Shown here: piece after piece, positions 1-9,827 of the stretch | Position numbering within the stretch: the first letter of the stretch is position 1 | Layout: each line of letters opens with the position of its first letter | Source of the DNA: Bacteroidales bacterium | GTDB taxonomy: Bacteria > Bacteroidota > Bacteroidia > Bacteroidales > WCHB1-69 | Direction: 5' to 3' | NCBI GenBank assembly: GCA_017618435.1 | Contig: JAFZUH010000199.1 | Location: 1-59,573 of the forward strand | DNA: 59,573 nucleotides | Made by a program: the position numbers and the translations under genes | The notes under the pieces: model-generated | What the model was told of the DNA's origin: nothing | What the model saw: the letters and a program-made list of their open reading frames with translations, nothing else | Database searches by the model: none

Positions 1-255
1 ATCATATTTCTTCAGTATTTCTCCTTGTCCCACATAGGCACTATCTGCATATAAATTCTGCCCTTTATCCTTTTCTGTAAGCAAATTGTCTAATGATTGT
101 GAATCGTGTGATGAGGCAGTGGTAGTTTCTTGACTGATTATCAGTTTGCTTTTTGTATCTCCTTTGATATGGTTTTTGTATCCATAATAGTTTACTCCTC
201 CTTTTTGTGTCCAGCGGGCATCTATATCCTTTTGGCTTTTTTTATGTGGCCGGTC
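1..255 (-). mobile_element. IS5-family DDE transposase gene remnant (5'-truncated, runs off the left edge)
   Basis: Not in the ORF track because it has no start codon. The minus-strand frame is open from 255 to 1 and reads DRPHKKSQKDIDARWTQKGGVNYYGYKNHIKGDTKSKLIISQETTTASSHDSQSLDNLLTEKDKGQNLYADSAYVGQGEILKKYD. This is the central DDE region typical of IS5/IS4-type transposases. An in-frame stop at 256-258 and the neighbouring gene stop at 242-244 leave no room for the N-terminal part. Confidence 0.6.
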
Positions 256-1018
256 TTAAGGATGATTCCACAAATTCCCGACTTTGACCATTGAAGTCCT
301 CGTCAAAGAAAAAAAATACCGGATGGTCCTCCATGATATGAAGGAATATGTTCATACGCTCATAATCTTGTTCGCAGGAAAGAGCGATATCTCCCTCACG
401 CAACCATCGGCGAATGCCCGGCAGAAATTTACCTGCAGGACCGGCAAGACGCGGAACAACAACAGGCAAATAGCAACTGACATTCTTGCACAAAGTATCT
501 CCAAACTGAAACTCTTGTCCCTCGGTAGCATGAACATGTCCGAACAAATGATATTTCGGCTTCGATTTCATCATAAAATTCAATATCTCAGGACTTCCCA
601 AACCCTCATCCAGCACACCGTATGGCGGACAATGTGTCACCAGCACATCAATATCCGTCGGAATATCTTCATCAGCAATCAAAGCATTGCCGTTAATAGA
701 ACAAATAACCACACCATCACAATCCATAACAGCATTTTGCATTACCAGTATTCCCTTATCGGTCATAGTCTTTTCAATCTCTTCCGCTTGGTCAAGTTCG
801 AAAGAAAGTTCATGGTTTCCATGCACAAAGATCTTCCACTTCGCTGGCAGTCCTGCAAACCAGTCGATGAAATCATCATACTCCCCACCCTTCAGGTCAT
901 CCTCCACGGCATCACCGGCACAAATCACGACATCGGCATCCTCCGGCATCTGCAGGCGGTGATGATTGCCGTGGGTGTCAGAGAATGCGAAGATGCTTAT
1001 TTCGTTGATTCTGAACAT
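242..1018 (-). CDS. calcineurin-like metallophosphoesterase (small YfcE/MJ0936-type core plus a ~70-aa C-terminal extension)
   Basis: 258 aa with motifs SDTHGNHH, AGDAV, GNHE, THCPP and GHVH in the canonical order. It starts 8 bp after the upstream gene stop. Confidence 0.8.
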   Translation of the reverse strand: MFRINEISIFAFSDTHGNHHRLQMPEDADVVICAGDAVEDDLKGGEYDDFIDWFAGLPAKWKIFVHGNHELSFELDQAEEIEKTMTDKGILVMQNAVMDCDGVVICSINGNALIADEDIPTDIDVLVTHCPPYGVLDEGLGSPEILNFMMKSKPKYHLFGHVHATEGQEFQFGDTLCKNVSCYLPVVVPRLAGPAGKFLPGIRRWLREGDIALSCEQDYERMNIFLHIMEDHPVFFFFDEDFNGQSREFVESSLRPAT

Positions 1019-1026
1019 TCCAAAAG

Positions 1027-1920
1027 TTAAATGCTCTCTACTACAGATTTAAAGTTATCCTGGGTGCAGAATGTGAAGCTGAATGAAGACGCCATTTTGC
1101 TGATTTCATCCTTACTATAGCCATATTTCTTCTTCAGGTTGAAATAATGAAGGATTGCCTTGTAAATTGACTTGAAATCAATTGTCTCTGCCATTTCCTT
1201 CTCATCGCTGAAGAGATCCTGTATCCGTTGTTTATCGGCTGGATTCTCCACGAATGCTAGGAGTTCATTCGACGGACGATATGCCAGATATATGAAATAC
1301 ACGATCTTCTCGCCACCGCTCAAAACCATGTTCGCTATTCCGGAAAGGTGACAAAGCATCTGTTTGAGATCGAAGTAGCCCGAATCCTTATTTTCCCAGG
1401 AAAGATAGAGTGTATCCTTAGAACGATCATAATCAAGTTTCCCGTCAAGCATCGGGATTATGCCCTCTAACAGCATCCTATGGCCCTTGCGCAAATCCGG
1501 TCTGGAGTAGTTATAAAACTCATGGCATTTTGCTTCTACGAAGACATTCTTTGATTTCAAGTAACCATCGAGATTGGCCGGATATCCGCCAAGACTTGTC
1601 GGCAACTGCTTTTCATATGCAAAGCCATCAAACTGCTGACCTTGGCTATACATGAAACGACTGGAAGAAGCGTAAGATGCCATCTTTGGTGGATATATAA
1701 TGCCATTTCTAGTATATTCTTGCATCTCGCCTCCCTTGCCATTGTCAAACTGTGCTTTCACTTCTCCTGGCATCCTATCCACATACTCCTGCCATTCTTG
1801 GTTAGTATAGTAATTGTGAAAAGTGCGGCCATTCACTACATAACCTACACTCAGGTCACCGCCGTCCAACTGTTTTTTTGCCCGATCAAAAATGTCGGTA
1901 ATATTCATTTCTTTATCCAT
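1027..1920 (-). CDS. hypothetical protein, possible PD-(D/E)xK restriction-endonuclease-like fold
   Basis: 297-aa ORF with no competing frame. It has a Ser-rich segment (KMASYASSSRFMY) followed by LDGY...FVEAKCHE (D...ExK). Assignment is by motif only. Confidence 0.5.
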   Translation of the reverse strand: MDKEMNITDIFDRAKKQLDGGDLSVGYVVNGRTFHNYYTNQEWQEYVDRMPGEVKAQFDNGKGGEMQEYTRNGIIYPPKMASYASSSRFMYSQGQQFDGFAYEKQLPTSLGGYPANLDGYLKSKNVFVEAKCHEFYNYSRPDLRKGHRMLLEGIIPMLDGKLDYDRSKDTLYLSWENKDSGYFDLKQMLCHLSGIANMVLSGGEKIVYFIYLAYRPSNELLAFVENPADKQRIQDLFSDEKEMAETIDFKSIYKAILHYFNLKKKYGYSKDEISKMASSFSFTFCTQDNFKSVVESI

Positions 1921-2049
1921 TTTATTTGTTTGTTTTATTTAAAAGTTTTTTGACTGTTTTTCTCAACTCTCATGCTCCATCCTCTCCTCAACACCCAAAC
2001 ATATCACATATTGAATAATCTTTCTCTGCATCTATAAAAACAAGTGTCA

Positions 2050-3861
2050 TTACCAGTAACGAGTTTGAAGATAGGTGATGAGGTCTTTGTATTTTTCGTT
2101 TTCTTTCAATGGGGAAAGCAGTTCTTCTGGGTCGATGATTTTGAACTTGGATTTGTCTTTTAATGTCGGGATATAATTGTCTTCAATTGCAGACTTTAAT
2201 TCCATGTGTTCATTTGGAATGATCATGATATGGATATAATCATCAGCCTCAATTCCGCAGTCTTTATGCCGGATGATTTGCTCAACCAACAAGGTTTGGC
2301 GCATTAGTTCATAATAAGGATCTGATTTGTATAAATCATTCCAACATTTCAAATTAGACTTTTCATCTATTAGTTTAGGATAACGTTCTAAGCTACTCTC
2401 TTCTGCTTCTTTGCCATAGTATGTTTCCGTATATTTCCATTCAATAGGTATGAGTAATTTTCTTCCATCTGTTGTCTGAACATAAACCAAAGCATCTACA
2501 GAAGTGCAATTTGCGCCTCTTGTTTCATGTTTTTCGCCCAAAAGCTTTTTGTTTTTACAAACAAATTCAAAAGTGATATAGCCACCATCTTTATCCAACG
2601 GAGCTACAAGTACTTGTTCTATTTGCAGGCCTGTTGCTTTTTCAATAATAGCTTTAATTGCTGCATCATCTTTTCGCAAAGCAAAAAGGTGATTTAGGCA
2701 ATGTATTTGGGATGACACAAGATGCCCCGATGGTTTTTGTTTCATTGCATTCTCTCCCCACCATGAAATTTTATGGTCTAAGAAATATTGTTTGCTATCT
2801 TCATAAAGATTATACGCACTATCCTTTTCTTGAAGAACATATTTTCTATTTGCTCCTTGATAAAAGCCATTGTTCTTCGCAGTTTTTGACAAACAATTGT
2901 TATAGTAGTTAATCTGTTTTTTTCTTTCTTGATAATAATAGTCTCTTGACATTGCTTTATTTAGTTTATGACTATTGTTTAGATAAATTAAATCATCATT
3001 ATATTTATTTTTGAAACAATAGCAAGAGAACTCGATAAATTTGTCCTCCTCTTCTTTATCTGCAAATGCAAAAACAAACTTCGGTTTGGCATTCTCTATT
3101 TTCAATGATTTTTCCAGAATACCTAATTCTTGTTTTTGCTTCAATAAATCTTTCATCTCTTGGACAAAATGACCGTTCACATCTCTTCCTATTGTATGAT
3201 TGAAGCAATCAATATGCGGTTTGACTCCTGATGCTCCTCCAGTAGCGTCCATACCTTTTTTCAATTCAATAACCACCAATTGCCCATTATGGATGGCTAT
3301 AATGTCAAAACGAGGAACCTTTTTGTCGAGTTTTCCATCATAAAAAAACTTCGAATTACGGCTTACTGCATATTCTAAATCCAATACAATATAATCAGTA
3401 TCCTTTCTATTGGTAATGGCAATCTTTTGTTGCTCTTGTTTTTCTCTATGAGATATTTTTAGAGTGTCATTTAGAGTTTCTTCCCATTTTTTCATTACAG
3501 CTTTTGCTTGGCTGAAGTAACATTCTACCTTTAAATGATTTAAAGGAGAACTAAGATTTTCTATCAAACCATCTCTTAGATCAACAAGTTTATCAATTAT
3601 ATGTTTTGCATTAACATCACCTTTTTTAGCCTTTTCTTGTAAATGTGTTTTCCGTTCTTTATTACAATCTTTGTAGAAATAAAATTCATCAAAGTAGAAA
3701 CTACGAGGATTTATTTTTAGAATATTTCCTCCCTGGTAATACACATTGATGTAGTTGTCTCTGATTTGCAAATCCAATTCGGAATCAGATAAAATGTACT
3801 CCAATAATGGTTTCCACTCTCCTTGGAGTTTTTTTATGAAATTGTCTGATAATTTTCTCAT
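2050..3861 (-). CDS. large hypothetical protein with two PD-(D/E)xK-like nuclease modules
   Basis: 603 aa. The first core is RFDIIAIHNGQLVVIELKKG. The C-terminal half has PSGHLVSSQIHCLNHLF followed by SVDALVYV...LIPIEWKYTE. No ATPase or methylase motifs seen. Confidence 0.55.
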   Translation of the reverse strand: MRKLSDNFIKKLQGEWKPLLEYILSDSELDLQIRDNYINVYYQGGNILKINPRSFYFDEFYFYKDCNKERKTHLQEKAKKGDVNAKHIIDKLVDLRDGLIENLSSPLNHLKVECYFSQAKAVMKKWEETLNDTLKISHREKQEQQKIAITNRKDTDYIVLDLEYAVSRNSKFFYDGKLDKKVPRFDIIAIHNGQLVVIELKKGMDATGGASGVKPHIDCFNHTIGRDVNGHFVQEMKDLLKQKQELGILEKSLKIENAKPKFVFAFADKEEEDKFIEFSCYCFKNKYNDDLIYLNNSHKLNKAMSRDYYYQERKKQINYYNNCLSKTAKNNGFYQGANRKYVLQEKDSAYNLYEDSKQYFLDHKISWWGENAMKQKPSGHLVSSQIHCLNHLFALRKDDAAIKAIIEKATGLQIEQVLVAPLDKDGGYITFEFVCKNKKLLGEKHETRGANCTSVDALVYVQTTDGRKLLIPIEWKYTETYYGKEAEESSLERYPKLIDEKSNLKCWNDLYKSDPYYELMRQTLLVEQIIRHKDCGIEADDYIHIMIIPNEHMELKSAIEDNYIPTLKDKSKFKIIDPEELLSPLKENEKYKDLITYLQTRYW

Positions 3862-3895
3862 AACTAATTACATTTTTAATTTTTTAACATCTAAT

Positions 3896-4750
3896 TTATT
3901 TACTATTCAACACTTCAATCGCTCTTTCCGCATCCTCCTCCGTAATTCCAACGACGGGATTGATGCGGATGAAGTGGCTCTCCTGCTCGGGCAGTACTTC
4001 GTTCAAATCGTCTAAGATAACGTATCGTTGAGTGTCGCTATTGACTTGCAATACTTCATCAAAATAAGCCTTGATTTCATTTCCCCTGCTGGAACAGAAC
4101 ATCTCCGGTGTAATCTCATCCAGTTGGCTCAAGTCCGTTTCCAGCAGCTTGTCATCATCCGTGTGCAGAGGCGTAATGCCAGCAATCTGCCCAGGAAGGT
4201 TGCGGTCTGCCCACATCCGCTGCATATCTTTCAAACCCATATAACGCCACGAAGAACTCACTATAATCCATGCATCGGTGGCCTCAATGATTTTCCGGAG
4301 GTTCTCTACCGCTTTGGGGGCGAATTTCGGACCGTAATAATCCCGTGTCGGCACACCTTCCACCGTCATTTTGGCAAAATGGTTTTCCGTATTCAGCACG
4401 CCATCGAAATCGAGGAAAATCAGCGGGCGTTCCCTCGCCTCAAGCAACATCTCTTCTTCCAAAAAAGCGGTCATGTCCGTGTCGAAAACAATTTCCTCCG
4501 GCATCGGAGGCATCCTCTGGAAAATCTTGCTGCTTCCGGTAAAGACATCCTCATTTGTCAGAAAATCATGCAGTTTGCTCATAAAGAACGACCTGTTTTC
4601 CTCTACAAGCTCCAATACCATCTCACTCAAAAAGTCGTGAATCTCGTTTTTCAGTTGTGTCCGCTGCACTTCGTCAAATGCCACATCACCTGTTTCCAAA
4701 TACCTTTCCCACAAGGGCATGTTATAACACAATCCTATCATTCCGTCCAT
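3896..4750 (-). CDS. HAD-superfamily phosphatase-like protein with an unknown ~100-aa N-terminal domain
   Basis: 284 aa. HAD motif I is LIFLDFDGVLN, motif II-like is IVSSSWR, motif IV-like is VILDDL. The pattern recalls the HAD domains of Swiss-army-knife RNA-repair proteins (from memory, not searched). Confidence 0.6.
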   Translation of the reverse strand: MDGMIGLCYNMPLWERYLETGDVAFDEVQRTQLKNEIHDFLSEMVLELVEENRSFFMSKLHDFLTNEDVFTGSSKIFQRMPPMPEEIVFDTDMTAFLEEEMLLEARERPLIFLDFDGVLNTENHFAKMTVEGVPTRDYYGPKFAPKAVENLRKIIEATDAWIIVSSSWRYMGLKDMQRMWADRNLPGQIAGITPLHTDDDKLLETDLSQLDEITPEMFCSSRGNEIKAYFDEVLQVNSDTQRYVILDDLNEVLPEQESHFIRINPVVGITEEDAERAIEVLNSK

Positions 4751-4843
4751 AATCCTTTGCGTTTAATTGTTACTGGTAACCTCTATTTTTTGTAAATTTT
4801 CCATATCTACTCTACTTACATTCTTTAAATTCATATTGGCTAA

Positions 4844-5764
4844 TCATTTTTTATTCGATTTGTAATTAACATTCATTCTTTTTATGATCTGTGCCATATT
4901 CTTCCTCAACTCCTTCGGTTCCAGCACCTCCACACCGTCCCCGAACGAGAGCACATCCTGCCGGAAATCATAATCGGTTGTCAGGTAGTATGAAAAAATG
5001 CTATAGTCCTTGTGGGTTTCAACTTCCTGCTGGCTGGTGTGCAACGGCAGGGAGCGGAAATAGAGCACTTGCTTGCCGTAAGCTTTCAACAACACTCTTT
5101 CCCGCTTCATGTTCGGATAGACACGCACACCATAGATATTACGGAAATAATCGTCTGCCGTAAACTCTTCCGGCATCGTAAAATCGTCCGGAAGAATGTC
5201 CACCATGGTCATGCGGTCCAGTGCATACATGTGCGGCCCGTCCGGATCGCCCTTGTATGCATACAGATACCAGCGGCGCTTGAACTCCTTGAGAAAATAG
5301 GGTTCCACAATCATCGCTTCCTCTTCTGTTTTATAATAGCTTTTGTATCGGATTTCCATCTTTTTGCCATCCCGTATCGCCTGAATGATATCTGCAAGGT
5401 ATTTGTGACGGGAAGGCACATTTTCAAAGAAGATGCGGTCACGGAGATGGGCACTGTCGTTGAGGAGACTGCTCAAACACAATGCGTCCAGCATCCATTC
5501 CTTTACGCTGTTGCCGCATAGGTCGTCTAAGTTTTCAATGTAATAAGTGTTGTGGCTTCTGTCGCAAGCGATATCAATGCCGAAAATATCGGAAATGGCG
5601 GACACATGGTTCGCAAATGTGCGGGTAGCAAGTTCCTTCCCTTCGTCGTTGACGGAACTTCTCTTCCACAAAGCCTTTATTTCCTTAAGGGTCAGCGGCC
5701 CATGGCTCTGCAAGGTTTCCAAAAGCCAGATGTACGATTTAAAATAATTCTTTGCCATAATCAA
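4844..5764 (-). CDS. WYL-domain transcriptional regulator (N-terminal wHTH)
   Basis: 306 aa. The N-terminus is HTH-like (GPLTLKEIKALWKRSS...RTFANHVSAISDIFG) and the central signature is FKRRWYLYAY. It is the first gene of the co-directional block. The start could be M3 at 5758. Confidence 0.8.
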   Translation of the reverse strand: MIMAKNYFKSYIWLLETLQSHGPLTLKEIKALWKRSSVNDEGKELATRTFANHVSAISDIFGIDIACDRSHNTYYIENLDDLCGNSVKEWMLDALCLSSLLNDSAHLRDRIFFENVPSRHKYLADIIQAIRDGKKMEIRYKSYYKTEEEAMIVEPYFLKEFKRRWYLYAYKGDPDGPHMYALDRMTMVDILPDDFTMPEEFTADDYFRNIYGVRVYPNMKRERVLLKAYGKQVLYFRSLPLHTSQQEVETHKDYSIFSYYLTTDYDFRQDVLSFGDGVEVLEPKELRKNMAQIIKRMNVNYKSNKK

Positions 5765-5859
5765 AATGCAAAAATACCACTTAATTCTGCAAAAAAGTGG
5801 CAGAAGCTGATTTTTTTTCTTTTTACATTTTCATTATCGTATTTCTCAAGAAAAAATTA

Positions 5860-5867
5860 TATCTTTG
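5860..5867 (+). promoter_or_regulatory. Bacteroides-type -7 promoter box (TATCTTTG) upstream of kdsD
   Basis: TAnnTTTG match 24 nt upstream of GTG 5891. No clean -33 TTTG. Confidence 0.35.
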
Positions 5868-5890
5868 TAATTTATATAAATTCTTTTTCA

Positions 5891-6859
5891 GTGAAAACAA
5901 GAGAAGATATAAAGAATATTGCAATTCAGTGCATTAAAGATGAAGCCGATGCTATAGCCAAATTGACGGGTTTCATCAATGATGATTTTATGGATTGTTG
6001 TGAAGCCATATACAACAATACCGAAGGACGTGTTATCATTTGCGGCATAGGTAAAAGTGCCAATATAGCACAAAAAATTGTTGCCACCTTCAACTCTACA
6101 GGCACGCCTGCATTGTTCATGCATGCTGCAGACGCCATACATGGAGATTTGGGGATGGTGCAAAAACACGATATAGTGATATGCCTGTCCAAAAGCGGCA
6201 ACACACCGGAAACCAACTTATTGATACCCATGATAAAATCGCGGGGCAATAAAATTGCCGCCATTGTAGGAAACACTCATTCTTATTTGGCTGCTCATGC
6301 AGATTGGGTTCTCAATTGCACGGTAAGCAAAGAAGCATGTCCTAACAATTTAGCGCCCACGGCAAGTTCTACAGCACAATTAGTGATAGGAGACGCATTG
6401 GCGGTATGCCTTATCAGCATGCGGGGCTTCTCTCCTGAAGATTTTGCCAAAGTGCACCCCGGCGGCGCATTGGGCAAACAATTATACATGACCGTAGAAG
6501 ATATTTTCCGCGATAATGAAATTCCGATGGTGGATCCCTCTTCCGACATCAATAAGATTATATACGAAATTTCATCCAAACGATTGGGAGTAACGGCTGT
6601 AATTGACAATAACACCATTGTGGGAATTATCACCGACGGTGATTTGCGACGCATGTTGGAAAAAAATCCCGACCCCAGACAAATTATTGCCCGTGATATC
6701 ATGAACCGCTCCCCTAAAACAATCGATCATAACCAGCTGGCTATAAAAGCGTTGGAAATCATGCGAAAATACAATATCACAAGTATATTGGTTACAGAAA
6801 ACGAAAAATATGCAGGTGTAATTCATTTACACGACATTATTAAAGAAGGAATAATTTAA
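5891..6859 (+). CDS. kdsD: arabinose-5-phosphate isomerase (KdsD/KpsF; SIS plus tandem CBS domains)
   Basis: SIS block GIGKSANIAQKIVATFNSTGTPALFMHAADAIHGDLG and a C-terminal CBS pair. The track ORF begins at 5552, but its first 113 codons overlap the WYL gene and promoter region. GTG 5891 gives a typical 322 aa. Confidence 0.85.
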   Translation: MKTREDIKNIAIQCIKDEADAIAKLTGFINDDFMDCCEAIYNNTEGRVIICGIGKSANIAQKIVATFNSTGTPALFMHAADAIHGDLGMVQKHDIVICLSKSGNTPETNLLIPMIKSRGNKIAAIVGNTHSYLAAHADWVLNCTVSKEACPNNLAPTASSTAQLVIGDALAVCLISMRGFSPEDFAKVHPGGALGKQLYMTVEDIFRDNEIPMVDPSSDINKIIYEISSKRLGVTAVIDNNTIVGIITDGDLRRMLEKNPDPRQIIARDIMNRSPKTIDHNQLAIKALEIMRKYNITSILVTENEKYAGVIHLHDIIKEGII

Positions 6860-6923
6860 CATGCAGGCAACAAATCGGCATAAAAATACATCTTATTGTA
6901 CAAAACATTAAAAACCTTTTATC

Positions 6924-8396
6924 ATGAACAAAAGAAATATATTAATATGTGCGATAATAATGATGTTATCTATGACTCAAGCACAAAAAAAGCATCATAA
7001 AAACGGCTATCAAATCAAATTCATACTCGAACAGGTAGAAGATACCATGTTATATGTTGCCAATTACTATGCCGACAAAACTTATATGTTCGATTCCGTT
7101 TTTTTATCGCCCAAAGAGCCCTATACATTTATTCTTCAAGGAGACAGTGCCATTCCAAGAGGTGTTTATGTTGTTGCAGGTCAAAACAAAATGAAATATT
7201 TTGATTTTATCGTTGACTCTTCATGCCATTTCACCGCCCATGTTACCAATGTATCTCCCAAACATTTGGATTTTGTAAACAATATCACCTACCTCAATAG
7301 TCCCGAAAATACGCAAGCTAATGAATTCATGCGCGTTGCCGGTCATTTCCAACAAGAGATGGCCCGTATCCACAGAGAAATGAAAAATGCCGAAAGCGAA
7401 CAAAAACAGCCATCGGCCAAACAAATAAAAGCCAAAAAGGAGGAATGGATATCCTATAAAGATTCCTTGACACGCTACACCCAACAGTTTATAGAAAAAT
7501 ACGGCACCACCACCCTTTTCGGCAAAGCACAACGCTTGGCACAAGATGTGCCCGTGCCGGAAGCTCCAAGAGATAACAAAGGACGACTTTTGGATTCCAA
7601 TTTTTCTTATTATTATCATGTCAACCATTATTGGGATTTTTGTGATTTTTCCGATTCTGCATTAATCAACACGCCCATTTTTCACCCCCGTTTGGAAATG
7701 TATTTCGGTCAGGTGGTATATCCTTTGGTGGATTCCATTATCAAATATGCGGATATTTTATTGGATAAAATGAAAGACAATGAGGCTTTGTTCCGTTATA
7801 CTGTATGGTATATCACCAATCACTATGAACGCAGTCAGTATGTAGGCCATGACGCTGTATTTGTACATATGGTTCTCACTTATTATGCACAAGGGCGTTG
7901 TCCGTGGACCGATGAAGCGGTATTGGAACGCATGACAGACCACGCAGAACAGCTCAACCATGTGCTGATAGGCAAATACGCCCCAGAATTATGGATGTTT
8001 GACACCAACAATGTATTGCTGTCGAATTATGGTTTTAACAAAAAATACACCATCATGTGGTTTTGGGATGTGGATTGCGGACATTGCAAAACGGCAACCC
8101 CCAAATTAATTGAATTCTACAATACATATAAAGATACTTTTGATTTTGAAATATATGCAATATGTATGAGTTCCGATACTGCCAAATGGAAAAAAGCCAT
8201 TGTGGAGAAAGGATTACCATGGACTAATGTAGGAGGAAACAGAGCCAACATAGACTTCAGGAAAATATACGGAGTAACCACCACCCCTTATTTATATGTA
8301 TTGGACCGTGAAAAAAAGATAATCGTTAAAAAAATAGGTGTGGAAGATTTGGAACCCTTCTTCCGCAATCACGAAGCGGGCAAACGTATACAATAA
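6924..8396 (+). CDS. secreted thioredoxin-fold protein (TlpA/ResA-like thiol:disulfide oxidoreductase)
   Basis: 490 aa with signal peptide MNKRNILICAIIMMLSMTQA and a C-terminal WFWDVDCGHCK CxxC motif. Confidence 0.65.
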   Translation: MNKRNILICAIIMMLSMTQAQKKHHKNGYQIKFILEQVEDTMLYVANYYADKTYMFDSVFLSPKEPYTFILQGDSAIPRGVYVVAGQNKMKYFDFIVDSSCHFTAHVTNVSPKHLDFVNNITYLNSPENTQANEFMRVAGHFQQEMARIHREMKNAESEQKQPSAKQIKAKKEEWISYKDSLTRYTQQFIEKYGTTTLFGKAQRLAQDVPVPEAPRDNKGRLLDSNFSYYYHVNHYWDFCDFSDSALINTPIFHPRLEMYFGQVVYPLVDSIIKYADILLDKMKDNEALFRYTVWYITNHYERSQYVGHDAVFVHMVLTYYAQGRCPWTDEAVLERMTDHAEQLNHVLIGKYAPELWMFDTNNVLLSNYGFNKKYTIMWFWDVDCGHCKTATPKLIEFYNTYKDTFDFEIYAICMSSDTAKWKKAIVEKGLPWTNVGGNRANIDFRKIYGVTTTPYLYVLDREKKIIVKKIGVEDLEPFFRNHEAGKRIQ

Positions 8397-8424
8397 CAAT
8401 GCAAATAAAATATAGACACATATA

Positions 8425-9822
8425 ATGAAGACAACAAAAATAATTCGGCTTTTGAAAGAAACGGACAGCATAGGTTTGAATACTGCTGTCAATATTAAAG
8501 GATGGGTACGCACCAAGAGGGGCAATAACAATGTAGCCTTTCTCAACGTCAATGACGGATCCATAGTTCACGGCATACAAGTAGTGATAGATGTACCCGG
8601 TTTTGATGAAGAAATGCTCAAAAGCATCACTACCGGTGCCTGCATATCGGTAGACGGCATATTGGTGGCTTCCATGGGTAAAGGTCAAGGAGTGGAAATT
8701 CAGGCTCAACATATAGAGATTCTCGGCACTGCCGACCCTCAGATATATCCTCTTCAGAAAAAAGGACATAGCATGGAATTTTTACGCAGCATAGCCCATC
8801 TGCGTCCCCGCACCAACTATTTTTCATGTGTATTGCGCCTAAGACACGCCATGGCTTTTGCCATACACCAATATTTTAACGACAAAGGCTTTGTATATTT
8901 ACACACACCCATCATCACCAGCTCCGATTGTGAAGGTGCAGGAGAAATGTTCCATGTTACCACCTTGGACATTGCCAATCCTCCACGCACTCCAAACGGA
9001 GATGTGGACTATAAGCAGGATTTCTTCGGAAGGCATACCAGCCTTACCGTTTCCGGTCAACTTAACGGCGAATTAGGGGCTATGGCATTGGGCAATATCT
9101 ACACTTTCGGACCCACATTCAGAGCAGAAAATTCCAATACGCCAAGACATTTGGCTGAATTTTGGATGATAGAGCCGGAAATGGCATTCTACGATTTGGA
9201 TGACAATATGGATATGGCTGAAGATTTCATCAAACATTGTGTACGATATGCATTGGAACACAATATGGATGATTTGCAATTCCTCAACGATTTGTTTGAC
9301 AAAGAACTTATCAGCCGTCTGCAATCGGTGTTGGATGTGGACTTTGTACGCCTGCCTTACACGGAAGCTATTGATATCTTGTCCAAATCGGGACAAAAAT
9401 TTGAATATCCTATATCATGGGGCATAGATTTACAATCGGAACACGAGCGATATTTGGTGGAACAACATTTTAAAAAGCCCGTCATCCTTATAGATTACCC
9501 TAAAGAAATCAAAGCTTTCTATATGAAACAAAACGATGACGGCAAAACAGTAAGAGCCATGGACGTGCTGTTTCCTAAAATAGGCGAAATAATAGGAGGC
9601 TCCCAAAGAGAAGAAAGTTTGGAAAAACTCTTGAATGTGATTCATGAACGTAAGATGAACGAACAAGAACTGTGGTGGTATTTGGAAACACGAAAATTCG
9701 GTACCGCCCCGCATAGCGGTTTCGGTTTGGGTTTCGAACGTTTATTATTATTTGTTACCGGCATGAGTAACATTCGCGATGTGATTCCATTTCCGAGAAC
9801 TCCTCAAAACGCTGAATTCTAA
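8425..9822 (+). CDS. asnS: asparagine--tRNA ligase
   Basis: 465 aa, class IIb synthetase. It has an N-terminal OB domain, [21 protein letters not shown], and [29 protein letters not shown]. Confidence 0.95.
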   Translation: MKTTKIIRLLKETDSIGLNTAVNIKGWVRTKRGNNNVAFLNVNDGSIVHGIQVVIDVPGFDEEMLKSITTGACISVDGILVASMGKGQGVEIQAQHIEILGTADPQIYPLQKKGHSMEFLRSIAHLRPRTNYFSCVLRLRHAMAFAIHQYFNDKGFVYLHTPIITSSDCEGAGEMFHVTTLDIANPPRTPNGDVDYKQDFFGRHTSLTVSGQLNGELGAMALGNIYTFGPTFRAENSNTPRHLAEFWMIEPEMAFYDLDDNMDMAEDFIKHCVRYALEHNMDDLQFLNDLFDKELISRLQSVLDVDFVRLPYTEAIDILSKSGQKFEYPISWGIDLQSEHERYLVEQHFKKPVILIDYPKEIKAFYMKQNDDGKTVRAMDVLFPKIGEIIGGSQREESLEKLLNVIHERKMNEQELWWYLETRKFGTAPHSGFGLGFERLLLFVTGMSNIRDVIPFPRTPQNAEF

Positions 9823-9827
9823 TCCGT

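Noticed and set aside
284-1030. Long antisense ORFs mirroring real genes: 284..1030, 4028..4795, 5012..5521, 19607..20398, 41196..41933, 43102..43986, 24239..24799, 55786..56352 and 57866..58357.
   Set aside because: Each lies fully inside a gene on the other strand that has clear family motifs. Their translations are low-complexity or hydrophobic with no motifs, so they are typical shadow ORFs.
4769-4780. The short palindrome GTTAC-TG-GTAAC between the WYL gene and the HAD-like gene, considered as a possible WYL operator.
   Set aside because: Five-bp arms are expected by chance in AT-rich intergenic DNA, and there is no second copy upstream of the WYL gene.
5552-5890. A 113-codon N-terminal extension of the kdsD ORF.
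   Set aside because: It overlaps the 5' end and promoter region of the WYL gene on the opposite strand. It has no SIS-family counterpart. GTG 5891, preceded by a -7 box, gives the normal protein length.
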